From assembly GCA_964187785.1 (NCBI GenBank), contig OZ076409.1, positions 90,212,001 to 90,276,000 on the forward strand: a stretch of DNA of 64,000 nt, written 5' to 3'. Below are positions 39,204 through 52,500 of this stretch, piece by piece. A program made the position numbers and the translations under genes. Position 1 is the first letter of the stretch. Each line of letters opens with the position of its first letter. Below the pieces are notes generated by a model. That model was not told the DNA's origin. It ran no database searches and saw only the letters and a list, made by a program, of their open reading frames with translations. This DNA is from Amphiscolops sp. MND2022. Lineage: Eukaryota.

Positions 39204-40296
39204 TAGGGATGCAGTCCCGGGATCCAGAAATCCCGGGATCCCAGACGAATTGCCCTACCCAATCCCGCCCAGGATTGACTTCCAATCCCGGAATTCTCAC
39301 TGCCCTTTGTTTCAAGCTTCAATTTCAATTATTTCAGATACAATGGGTGACTTTGACTTTCGAGAATGGTCCGGTAGTTCAATGGTCTGGCGCCACTTCC
39401 TTCGCAATACTGATATCAGTAAGGCGAAATGCAAAAACTGTTGTGTCCATTCGGAACCGTCGTTTTCTGGCAATCAACACACACGCAGCCGACGACCAAT
39501 TTCATAAAGGACTGGGTCGAATTGTGGGCTCGGAAGCTCGCAGTTCATTGTTTGTAGCCATTGTTTCAGTGCAACTGGCCTTCTGCTGGACGAAGTAACT
39601 AAGCTTCCGACATCACAGTTCAATTTTGACTTTGTGAATAATCTAACCGGTCGTATTGAAGAACGACGCACTCCTAAAACAGGGAAATTTGATCCAAATG
39701 AGAAACAAATGATAATCGATACAAGTACCGCATTTTACAATATGTTCCAGCAAACAATAACAGCGATGTGCCAAATGCCAGCGAACAGGCTGAACCAATA
39801 GTCGACGTGGCAGAGCCGACGTTCAAAGAGAAACGTCCGAGTCATCCATGCATTACACCAGCTCCGGAATTGAGCACTTGATTAAGAAAGAATTCTATTT
39901 TTTCTACACTAACAACACCAAAGGAAAGTTTCTAACTCAAGTAGAAAAGTGGCTGGACACCATTCGGCCTACATCGGTGAAAGCAGAGCGTTGCTTCAGT
40001 GCTGCGGGCTTGTTTGCTTCCAAGGTTAGAAACCGCTTGGGAGACGAAGTTCTGTCGGATTTGCAGATCCTACGATTTTACTTCGCTAAGCATGCTAACA
40101 GGACGCGCCATAAATTTGATATCCAATTGTTTGCATATGGTAAACAAGCAAATAAAAAATCTTCAAATATATTGTTTTTACATTGATAATTCCTGACGCA
40201 AAAAATAATCTTTAATCCTGGGATTATCGCGGGATCGGACATTGGCTAATCCCGAATACCGGGATTAGGAATAGTGGTCCGGGATTAGCATCCCTA
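39204..40296 (+). mobile_element. Internally deleted hAT transposon (BED finger start and hAT dimerisation remnant)
   Basis: TIRs TAGGGATGC / GCATCCCTA, perfect 8-bp TSD AATATGGC (39196-39203 and 40297-40304), subterminal atcccg repeats; coding remnants SMVWRHF..AKCKNC and PTSVKAERCFSAAGL...RNRL. Confidence 0.92.
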
Positions 40297-41814
40297 AATA
40301 TGGCTCTAGTTTCGAGACAGTAGATTTCGAATTAGCAACAAATCGATTTTTGTTTCATCGATTTGATTTCAATCGATGTGTTGTATGTCAAATGCAGCTC
40401 ACTTTTGACGTAATTTATATGTATTCAGGCCGCTGTATCTTTTTGGTTTTTTGAAATTTAGGCTGACAAAATTGAAAAAAATTTCTTTCCCGCATTTTGT
40501 TTAAAAGACAGCGATATAAAAATTTTCCCGAATTGCACAATCTGCCAACATGTTGCTTAGAACGTTGCTCCACCGCAAACAACCAAACCATTCGCAATAT
40601 ATATATATATATCCTAAGTTCCGAGATGAAAATTTTCAAACGAGACTTGAATTTTTTTCCTCAGATTTTCGTAGTTTCGTTTAAAATCATGGAGCCGAAC
40701 TTTTTTTTCGAAAAACGTAAGTCTTATGTGTCACATTTTAGAAAATTAAATGTTCCAATTTAAAAATCAGGGAAGTGTCAGTGACAGATCAGAAAAATTT
40801 TGCTAATAAAACTGCTGGCACTATAAGCTTTTTCACGTAGAAATCCGTTAACAAAATTATGACGCAAAGTTTTCTAAAACTGAATCAACATAGGAAAATT
40901 ACCGAATATGCGTTTTCGAATTGAAGATTGATATACAGTTTCTAATTTCCCATGTTTGTGGGAACTACTTTTGTCGTCCTATTTTAAACTGAAGGGTGAC
41001 ATCGTTTATTGAGTCAGGGGTTCATTACCGGTCGCATTGGATTGGGTCAAATCAATTTTTTAACGAGAGGCGCAGTGGCACTAGTATTGCATAATGTTAC
41101 AACAGAAAATTTTCAAACAGGATTTTTCAAGGTGAAGAAAATATTTTTTCTTAACTGTTAACACCACGAAAACCCAATATTGTGTTTTTTCTGATTGATA
41201 TAGTTTTGCTCAAAAAAAATGCAGTGCCAAAGGTAGCCAAAGATGTGATCCCTTGAGCTTGAGAAACGTGTTTTTAAACTGAAAACATCAAAAAACTAAG
41301 AAGGGAACTTCTAAAAATAAAAAGCGCAGACAGTCGAAACAGTAGTTGATAAATTTCTCATCACTCCTTTCTGGGTTTTTGCGCCACTTTCCAGAATTTC
41401 TTCATCTGATTCTTTTTTTAAAATTTTCTGCTTTGGAAAACGCATTCTAAGGACAGGTCTCTTTTTGGGTTTTTTGGCGGTCTGAGACTTTTCTCGAAAA
41501 AAACTCCCGAAAAACTCATTTTGGAAATTTAATGTTTCCAGTTAGGAAAAAGGTTGTTTTGGAGTGACAAAGGTACCCTTTCGGCTATTTCCCGGTAAAT
41601 TTTCCCAAAAATTGTACTTCTGCATATTTAGAACACGTTGGACGTTTTGAACCGTGAGCGGTGCAGCGACTTTGACTGTTACCTGCTTGTTCAAATAAAA
41701 AGCGTCGGTTGATGTTACTTAATCTTAAGTCGAGTTGAGATCTTAAGAACATGCTTCAGTTTGGCACCTTCTTTTACACTAGCATCCAGGGCAGAAAATT
41801 TTAGAAGAAATAAT

Positions 41815-42794
41815 GCGGGAACGGCCCAAGTCGGCGCCCCGCTCAAGATTCAAAAGAGTGAAGTTTTTAAAATATGCAAAATGACATTATTGATGGAAAT
41901 CCATCAATATAACAGTGCCAAAAAAACACCCGAAGGTATACCCATAAGACTTAAAAACCACTTTTTCCCAACTGGAAACAACAACAAAAACCATTTTGCT
42001 CAACCGAAAATCTTTTAAAAATAGAAAAAATGAGAAAGAATTTTAAAATGTCTCCAGTAATTCGCATACTGCCAATACGCTAAGGAGTTTTCTATGCTCG
42101 CAAAACGTTTGGTGCCTAGTGAAAATCGGGAGCCTTCGATAAAAACAAATGAGAGAAAAGTCACATAGCACATGATAAACGCCTGTCTTGAAATAAAAAC
42201 AACATTCGGATCTAGCGCAATACTTTCGATAAAGCGCAATCTTCGCATCCTCCTCAGCAGAACGTAATTTGATTCGGATGTAACATCAAGCGTTTGTATA
42301 TAGCGTGCTGAGTCAAATGGGAGTGCTTTTTTGAACATCAATCTCCTCTTTAGTAAACGCATTTACTTCGAATATAACGTCAAAATTCGGATAAAATGCA
42401 ATGTTTTCGATCCTCGGTCATTTCTTTGATGAAACGCAACTGACTCTGGATATACCTTCAAAAGTTTGGATGTAGCGTGCCCTTGGTCTTTTTGAAAATT
42501 TTGTTGCAAAATAACATGAAAATGAAAGAGGACCCTTTGGAGGCACTAATAAATTCGAATAAGAGTCTCACAAAGCCGAAAAAATTGAAAAGGGGTCTTT
42601 AATCTCGTCCGGTGTTTGCAAATGGAGGAAAAAGATTCTGGCTGAAGCAGCGTCTCGAACATGTGAGCTGGGCTGCCGCTAAACCGATTGACCTCTGTAC
42701 CAAAAAGCGGAACATACAAGGTGAGCTCTGTGGTCTGTCGAAAAAATTAGGCACTGCATTGTCGGGCACTTTTTTCAGAAGCGTCGACTAAAAA
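41815..42794 (-). mobile_element. Helentron/DINE-like element with internal ~70-bp tandem units
   Basis: gcgggaacggcccaagtcggcgcc ... gcgtcgactaaaa; the internal units resemble ~27430-27570. Confidence 0.55.
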
Positions 42795-45019
42795 CTATTT
42801 TAATAGATGATTACTTTAAAAGACAGTTTTCTCAGAACCAAAACTAATAGCAATCAAGGACAGTAAAAGTTGCAGAAATAACGTGAATGTTTGTGATAAA
42901 TAGATTCAAAATCACGTACGATTATCGGTAGGCAAGCTAATTGCGACAAAATATCATTGACCTCTCGGCGACGAAATTTCTGAGAAGGCTAGAGAATTTT
43001 TATAGCGTAATTTTGTTTTGGAATTGACCCTAGAAATACCGATGAAGCTTGAAATATTTGATTTTGATTATTATTGAGGCAACGCAAACCGCTACATTTT
43101 GAACAGCAATGCCTTTTAATCCAATGAGATTTGAGAATCACTGTTACGTCTGGCGCTGCTCAGTCTCAATTTCTAAGAACACCACTGTAAGTAGTTTTTC
43201 GGGCTTAACGTGGATGATAGACGTTATCGCTGTATTCGTTTCTCGATAGTGACAACCAAATCATGAACTATTTTCTCTGGAACAGCGACTGGAGAGTATT
43301 CCAGAATGGAGTATTCTAAAGAAACGAAAACGTTTAGTTTTGGCCATGAAAATATTTTGAATATTCATTTCCTCCACCAGTTCTGCCATGATTTCCATGA
43401 TTTTAACGATAAGCAAGAATATGTTTGCTCGAGTCCCGTATTGAACCATTTTTTAAACTTGCGAATGCAGTGGAAGATCAAGAGTTCCCCATGGGGATTT
43501 TGGGCACTAAGCAACTTTTTTAACCGAACCCCTTTCGATTGGTAGCAAAAAGGAAGTGTTTTGCGAGCATAGAGGCCATCTTAACGGTTTTTGGCACTGT
43601 GCAACTTACCGAAGTTTTTGAATAATTTTGACGAAAAAAGATAATCGTAATTTTTTTCACAAATTTATTTTTTAAAGGTTTTTTTGCTTAAAAAACAAAA
43701 CAGCATTCTGAGTCTTGAGGCAACTTCTGTGTTAAAAGATTACCTCTGTCTTCTGTCGGAAGGATGCGAGTTTGCCCAGGAACTGTGAAAAAGACCTTCT
43801 TTGGGTCTGAGCAACTTTTGTGAAGCGCCACGGGAAAAACATTATCGGGTTTTTCTAATTTAAGTTTTAGAGAAAAAGGCTTCTCTTCATCCTTGTTGCA
43901 ACTGTAAACCTACCATTTAGTAGGGCCATTGCACCTCTTGTTCATATTCACAGTTAAAAGGACATTTATATTCACACAAATACTTGTGGAAAAGTCATAA
44001 CAATAAAATGGATGAAACTGATTCGTTTTCGTTTGTATTTGTGTTTTTTTGTTCCAGGTGAGGTTAACTACATGAAATTTTTTCAAGTTCTTAGGCACTT
44101 ATGATCATCTGTTTGATGTAATTTGTTGTTTTTAAAGGGTTTAGGTGGATGCAAAGAAATTGTTCCTTCCGATTTCTGCTGTTTGACCTGTTTAGACAGA
44201 CATTTGTTTCATCATTGACCGTTAGATATCATTGATCAGCCAAAGAAAGAAAGTCGTCTAAGATCAACTTTCAGAAAGTCTGAGACAAAACGCCAGGCTG
44301 TTTGAATATAAATCAGTGGTTGTACTAATGTTCCCAAGAATAGATTCTTCAGTACCCTTCTCCGCTTTTTTATCGAGGTTACTACTTGGCGCAGTAATCA
44401 AGATTACTATTCGCATTATAACTAAATAACTAACACAACAAATTTTTACCCAATACAGCAACTAACCACTTACCACACCAAACATAGTCACCGGAGGTAT
44501 TTCACTTCCTTATCTCGAAGACGTCTGACTCGACGGAAAGAAATTATACACCAAAATTTGGACTGTACGATTCCGACACTTTGTCAACCAAATAAACGAT
44601 CACGATATCAAACCAACTTCCACGAATACAACACTCCCAGCAACGGGTTGGACTGAGAAGGAATGGTCATCAAGGCAAGATTTCATCTGGGGACACCCCG
44701 TACCCCTCCCCACCGCGCTGCCCGTAGACAGTTCAGTAGAGACCTAGAAAGCAATGAAGCCGACAAGTTCTTACAATTATTTAAAGAGCATTTAATGTCG
44801 ACTATGGAATCATTGACACGGATCACCAGCAACAATGCCATGCAACCCAAAAGTATGCAAACGAATTGAAACAACCCAGGTTGACCATTCATGGATTTCC
44901 ATCCATGATTCATCCATGATTCATGGACCCACCATGCCGAGAATCATTCCATTTGGCATGTCAAATGTGGCGTGAATTGGCTCAAAGAACTACGACCTAC
45001 CAACAGCGATCAACAGAAT

Positions 45020-45228
45020 AATTAATATTGGACGGCCGGAATAAACAATCTCAGCAAGTTATTTCGTCCAATACAGGTTATTGAACGGAAATTAAATTAC
45101 AGAATAAACCCTGATGTTATCTTCAAGATAACATCAGGGTTTTTTCTGTAATTTAATTTCCGTTCAATAACCTGTATTGGACGAAATAACTTGCTGAGAT
45201 TGTTTATTCCGGCCGTCCAATATTAATT
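45020..45228. repeat. Near-perfect 209-bp palindrome with a 1-nt centre at 45124
   Basis: Arms are complementary apart from one mismatch (agaataaaccc / gggttttttct). Confidence 0.95.
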
Positions 45229-45638
45229 CACGAAGAAGCCAAAAACTCATCAAAACTGGCGTAAAACGGCGTAATTTGTTTTGGATGAAATGTCCTGACA
45301 CCATAATTGGAAACAATGAAACAGCCAGCCTCTATGGAAACTCGTTTACAAACAACTATCTATCCGTAGCTGATTCTTTATCAATGACCTCTTACAGTCA
45401 ATGATGCCATACTCTGGCTTTTGTTGAATAAGTTATTCAACAAAAGCTAGAGTATGGCATCATTGACTGTAAGAGGTCATTGATAAAGAATCAGCTACGG
45501 ATAGATAGTTGTTTGTAAACGAGTTTCCATAGAGGCTGGCTGTTTCACTGTTTCCAATTATGGTGTCAGGACATTTCATCCAAAACAAATTACGCCGTTT
45601 TACGCCAGTTTTGATGAGTTTTTGGCTTCTTCATGAAT
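45226..45638. repeat. Near-perfect 413-bp palindrome with a 1-nt centre at 45432
   Basis: Arms are complementary, with three transition mismatches seen. Confidence 0.95.
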
Positions 45639-46559
45639 AGTTACCATTAATTAAGCCTGTTTGATTCCTTACTAACTATTATACTGAAATAATACCTCAA
45701 CCGATTTAGAACTAATTAGCCAAAATGAGTTTGGGTTGAAATTTCGGAAGGTTGAAAATGCAATAGGTTGAAATTGTCAGAGGTTGAAATGACAACGATT
45801 GAAATTGCATAGGACGAAATATCATGTTACCTCGATTTATATCAGTTGTTGTATTTTTGGTGCATAGAATAGATGCTTCTCCACTTTCTGTACAACAACA
45901 TTGATTTTGAAAATTTCCATTTTTTTATCCGAACTTTCAATTGACAAAATGTTGACAAAGTTTTGAGAAAGACAAAAATTTTTTAAAACTAAACAATATT
46001 ACAATACGTTATGAATTATATCCAAAGACCCAAAGAAAGAGATCAAAATGGTGCGATTGAGCTTTGGCATCTGTAATATAAAACGTTTTTGTTGTCATCA
46101 ATGATTTCCAGACAAAAGCGCCTATAGTCAAATTATAGTCAAAAGCACCACAACACATGTTTGTTTTTCCAGTACTAGAATAATTGACGACTTGATTTAT
46201 TATGAAATAGTTTGTAGCGCTAAGAACTGCCATAACAAGCAAGTTGCATGGGTTTTCAGCGAAAATGGTTAGGCGTGAACATGTGGCAAAAAAACTAGAA
46301 TTCTTGATTAAATTAAATATCAATTATTAGGCAACTCAATAATTAGTAACGCCCTTTTGTTAGTGATGTTTTTGACTCTAAATGCACTAATTTGGGTCTT
46401 TGCTGATGTGCCGAAGCCAACAACTGTCATCAAACAATTATTGTAACAACTCTACATGTACATTTATATCGAGAACTAAATAAATGAAAGTGAAACCACA
46501 AATTACCAATCTAAGGGATATTGTCCATTTTGTATTACAAAGTTATATATCTCACATAA

Positions 46560-49500
46560 TTAAATCAATCGCTCAGTTCTGGCTCTAGGAATTTGGAATT
46601 CGGGGAATTCTGACATCTTGGGGATACTGTTATCGCTTCCTTCTGTGCTTTTTGGTCTGTAAGTGCCAGTGGAAACCCTGGTTTTCTTGTAATGTTTCAT
46701 CACTAGAAGACCAATTATTACCACCAGGATGAAAATCAGAAGGATGCCGGCTATCAAAAGGGGAGTTGCGGCAGTGGAGGCACTGTCACTTTTCAACTTT
46801 GATGTGCATGTGTTTCCTTCATATTCGCTGGAGCAGGAACAATAGAAGTCGGTGCCGTTAGCAAGACAGGTTCCCCCGTTTTTGCAAGGCTCCTCGTTAA
46901 CGCAAGGTTCGTCACAACGGACTCCTTTGAATCCGGTTTTGTCGCAATTGCAAGTATAGCTGTTGATGCCGTCTACGCATTTTGACTTTCCCGAACAATC
47001 ATTGTTTGCACATTCGTCGATATTTATTTCACAATCAGCCCCTGTGGGAAGAAAAAACAAACACCTCTTGAACTGGGGCTAAGCAATGGATTTGAATATA
47101 TCCGATTCCGTTAATATAAGTGAAGCATTTTTGAGAACGTCTGATAAAGTAATGTCAGACGTTTGTCCAACATTCATTCATGCACTTATATCCAGTATCG
47201 TTCTCATTATAAAGATTTTTAGAAAAATTTCTGTAGACACCACAGAGGAAGATCCAACTCTAATAATTAGTATTGCCAGTATACTCAGAAAGGTGCCGAC
47301 TGTTTTTCTCACCAGACTTTGTGCAAAGAATCTAAGATCACTTGGGCAGCTCATTTTGAAAATATGTATTTAAAAATCAGTAAAATTAACATCCAAAATC
47401 TGTTATAAAACTTTTGATTTCTTGATAAGTCATCGATTTATTGATATTTAATTTAGTAGTTCAATATTTTTTGATATGCGTCATCAGCTCTGCATGTCTT
47501 GTTATTATGATTAGTAAATGAAACTACCTTCAAATCCTGCGAGGCAAGTACAGTTGTAGCCAACAAAATCGGTAGAAGTGCAAGCTGCTCCGTTCAGACA
47601 AGGTCTGTCGTCACAAAAGTCTCGGATGGAGTCGCAGTTGGGGAGAGAGTAGCCATAGATACAATGGCAGTCGTAACCCCCCGCAGTGTTCTCGCAATCC
47701 TGTTCTGCAAACCCTCTGGTACAGGGATCGTCCAGACACTCATCTATGTCTCTTTCGCATTCATCGCCTTCCCAGCCTAAACAATGCCAGTGATCCAGTG
47801 ATCCGGCATACAAACTCGAAAGCATTGCAAAAATTGGAAATTTGTTTACGAATTGAGCATTGCTGAATTCCTGCTGTTTTTTGTCGGCGCTTTCGTAGCA
47901 GGTTTTCCATTTTAAAAATTTTAAAGTCCAACGAACGGACGAACGATTTTAGTTTCAAGGTAATTGACTGAATAGTAGGGAAGCGGAAATTCCGTCGTAT
48001 TAGTAAATCCAAAAAATATGTCGACGAAAACCGCGTCATACTTTCAATCGACGCATTATAAAATGAAACACGATAATAGTGGCTTTTCGTAGATTTATTC
48101 TTAATCCGATCGAAGTGTTCAAATACGACAAATACGATCCAGAATACGCCTGAGATCTGAAGGGGGCCAAAGTTTCTCAGCGTTTCTCAATGTGGGTTTT
48201 TGGCAGTGATATTTTTCGCCCATTTCACAATACTGTCCTCGTCGATTTTTTAATCAGTGCTTTTTAGTCGGCGCTTTTCATAGAAAAACGCAGACTATAG
48301 TAGTGACTTTTTTTAAGACCAACGAAGTGACAGATTTTATAAGCTTTATAAGCTGACTTGAACTAACACTAAATGCCACAATACTTCTACTGGCACTTGA
48401 GATAGAGGTTAATTAGGCTTTTTTGAGGTCCCCTTTTACATTTTTCGGCACTATGCGACTTACTGGGGACCAAAAAAATTTCAAAAAAATTCGATTTTTT
48501 TTCAATTTTTTCCTCATGCGGGTACTGTAGAAGAGAATACTTGACACTTTGAAGTCCTTTTGCTATTTTTGAGCTTTAGATATGGCGCCGACTTGAGCTG
48601 TTCCCTGCTCTTTTAAACAGGTGTCGACTACGGTCATGACTTTTCGTCAATTTACTATTCAACTCTTTCTTAGAAAAATCAGACTACAGTGGTGACTTTT
48701 TAAAATCTTCAAAACCGACGAACCGACAAATTTTGTAAGTTTCATAAGCTGTTGCTTGGTAACTTGTAACTTCTACTGCCACTTGGCTCAGAAAGTAATC
48801 TGGAGTTTTCGAGGTCTGAGAAGCAGAAGGACGCGCGTAAAAGTTTCAAACTTGACCAAAATTTTTTATGCTTGTTTCAGTTTTTGAGACTTTTTCGAAT
48901 TTTTTTTATGTCTCCAAAGGGGCGCTCCAATTTTTTGATATTTTGCATCAAACTGAATTTTCAAAACGCCCAGAGATTCCCCTCTTTCACAATTTTTAGC
49001 AAAGGTAAAATTTTTCAAAATGATCATTTTTCGTTTTAAAATTACGTTTTTCCAGTAACCCAGCACGATATGTCCGAATTTTGTTTCTAAAGCAGACGTT
49101 TTTTCTATGCGATTTTTTTTCTAATTTGTTTTTACCGAAGCCCCCTCAATTTTTACTGGGAACGAAACGTTTTGCAAGCATAGAGGACTCCTTGGTATTT
49201 TCGGCACTATGCGATTTACCCGAGACTTCAATCAAAAAATTTTTCGAAAAATTCAAAAATTTTGTTTTCCGATGTTTTCGTTTTTCGAACAATTTTCGGT
49301 GGAGCAAAACGTTTCTCCAGGTTTAAGGGTAACCTCTGGTTATTTTTAGTCTTGTGGGACTGGTGAGAGCTTTTTCGTAGTTGTGCAAAAGACCTAGGTT
49401 TATTTGGCACTGGGCGATTTTTTTCGAAACAGTTATCTTTCGATAAAATGGTACCCCTTCATTTTTAAAAATGTTTTTGGCTTGGATTTCCTTGGGTTTT

Positions 49501-52500
49501 TCTTTTGGGTCTTCGGCACCATCAAACTTATTAAAAAATCCGATTTTTTAAATGTTTTTTCCAGTTGTGGAAAAGTGATTTTCGAGTCTTATACGTATTC
49601 CTTCGAGTATATTTCGGCACTGTGAAGTTGATAAACTTCAACAATAGTTTCATCTTCGGAACTTTTGCATATATAAAAAATTTCAATTTTCTGAACCTTG
49701 AGCGGGGCGCTGACTTGGGCCGTTCCCGGTATGTTTCAGTTTCTTTCAATATTTTTCAGTGTTTTATTCGATTCAGTTGAACACTTGTTTTAATAAGGTT
49801 ATTTCTGCATACTGAAAACAGGAAGTCATGAAATAATGGAAATATAGTCTGCATAAATTCCGTTTCTTACGACATAAGAAAACTGCGACAGCACAGTTTT
49901 TGGCTAAGTTCTTTTCAAAATCAAAAAACGAAATTTTCCTTTTATTACAAAATCGCATTTCTCGGAAATTTTTCTTCATACGTCCAACCAAAAATTTTCT
50001 GAACTATAAATATGCTTAGAATCATATGAACGGAGCAGATTTTTGCGCCTTGCTTTCAGTATCCCGAAAATATGATCCAAAAGTGGCAAAAAATGCATGA
50101 GTAAATTTTTGACAAATTTCAAAATAGTTGTTTTTCACTGAACATCTCTTGCATTGCTCTCAATTGTAAGATAACTACATTTAGATTGATTTTTAATTGA
50201 AGCCGATTGTCGAGAGTTTGCTTCATTTTCGAGAATAAATTGATCATCGGAAATAGCGAAATTTTTTTGGACGAATTCAAGCATCGTTTTTCTCCAAATT
50301 GTTCCACTCAATTCCTATCTAATATAGCTTATTGAAGCAGTTGTGATTTCAGAATTTAATCAAGTGGACCAATATTGCGGTTTTGTTTCAATTTTTTATT
50401 TCATGATTGAGTCTTTTATGTTAAGGGATTGTTTTCGAGAAAAATATCAAAAATCCCACAAGGCCAATACAACTTGAACGTGACCCTTTACGCAAAAAAA
50501 CAATCAAAACTGAAAACTATTGAAATCGAATGGGGACCCTTTGGCTAAACGACCTGTGAGAGAGTTTACTCCCGAACATTCTAATCTAAATCACTGTCAA
50601 AAGAGGCAGGTTGTTGATCCCTTTTATTAGACTTCATTAGAATGTTGTTTACCAATAAAAGTGTATCAGTCAGGTTTGAGCGAGCGGCCATCCGCCACAT
50701 GGTCTTATTAAAATATAGTGTTGTCTGCTCTTTAGTTTTCACAACTCGTCAGAAGTTGCAGCATAGCTATAACTGGACCCTTAGGCGAAAAAGACAAAAC
50801 CGAAAAATATAAATTGTACCAAAAAATATCTGAGGGAGCCTCTGAACTTATCCGATTTCGTAAGTCAGGAGTGAAAAAACGTATACCCTGATTTCCGCTA
50901 AATTTGCACTCGTTTTAGGCTTTTGTTTTCTTTAGGTGATATTTCGTTAATTTTTCCACCCAAAAACTAGATTTTGTAGTCATATTAATGTCATAATTCA
51001 TTGATTTTAGTGTATCCAAATATAGTGATCTCAATTGTATTCACGAATAGATTTGAATCCCATGGTTTCAGCAAAATTTGTGCCTTTTGAGCATTTTTGT
51101 TGCCATTTATAGGTGATAATTCGTTAATTGTTCCACCCAAAAACTAGATTTCATAGTCAAGTTAATTTCATACTTCATTGATTTTGGTGTAGCCAAATAC
51201 ATATCTCAATTGTATTCACTACTAGATTTGAATCCCATGGTTTTCGCAAATGCGCTTTTTCAGGCTTTTTTTTGCCATTTTTGGGTGAGATTTCGTTAAT
51301 TTTTCCACCCAAAAACTAGATTTTATAGTCAAATTATTTTCATAATTTATTGATTTTGATGTATCCAAATATAGATCTCAATTGTATTCAAGAGTAGATT
51401 TGAATCCCATGGTTTCCGCAAAATTTGCGCTTTTTTGAGCATTTTTGTTACCATTTTTGGGTGAAAGTTCGTTAATTGTTCCACCCAAAAACAAGATTTT
51501 ATAGGAGTAATATTTTCATAATTCATTGATTTTAGTGTATCCAAATATAGTGATATGAATTGTATTCACTAATAGATTTGAATCCTATGATTTCCACAAA
51601 ATTTTCGTTCTTTTAAGGTGTTTTTGGCTGATAATTCGTTAATTTTTGCTCTATAATTCTGTTAAACTTCTGTCGATTTTTGCTGGACCTGCATCATCCT
51701 TGTACCATCGGTAGAACAATCGGTGACCACCGGTGGAACTACGGTGACCACCGGTGGAATCTTCGGTGGGCCACCGGTGGGACTGTGAGTACCTCCACCG
51801 GTGGTCCACCGGTGGCCACCGCAAAATCTGCGGATGCCACCTTAGTGGTCCACCGGTGGGGCTTCGGTGGAACATCGGTGACCACCGGTGGACTGCGGTT
51901 GATTTCCAACCCGGGTATAGAAAGGGACCTTTTGTTTTTTGTTTGGTGAACAGAAGTTGTTGAACGTAAAATTTTTTGCAAAACGTTTCGCCACTTCAGT
52001 CGAATTGAAAAAAAACACCCGGAAAGCCACACAATAGCCAGTCTATATTTCATATACTGCAGACTACTAAAAAAAACAACTAAAACTGATTCTTAAATAC
52101 AAATCAACGCTAAAGTGCCAATGAACATTTATATAGAAATGGTACCTTCAATTTTTTTAAGGCTTACCCAAATTTGCTTTTTGAAAGACTTGTTGAACAT
52201 TCAGGCTTCGTTATACAAATGTGTTGTAAATTTTACGAGATTAAAAATACCTTCATCGCATTGACATTGAAAGGCTGTCCCTGTATTTGAACACTGGCCG
52301 TTTCCATTGCAGTTTTGGTTGGCGCAATAGTCAGTTTCATCGCACACGGTGCCCCGGTATCCATTCTTACAGTCACATTCGAATTGCCGCTGAAAAAGAA
52401 AGTGAAATATTCTCATCATGTGTTATTCAATAGTTGTATAAGATGGTAGCGAATTGTTTGATTTTAAATTGTCTGAGACTTGTTTTGTGAAGTACCCTTA

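Noticed and set aside
45000..45660. AAV-like T-shaped terminal hairpin (A-B-B'-C-C'-A')
   Set aside because: The sequences flanking the two palindromes are not complementary to each other.
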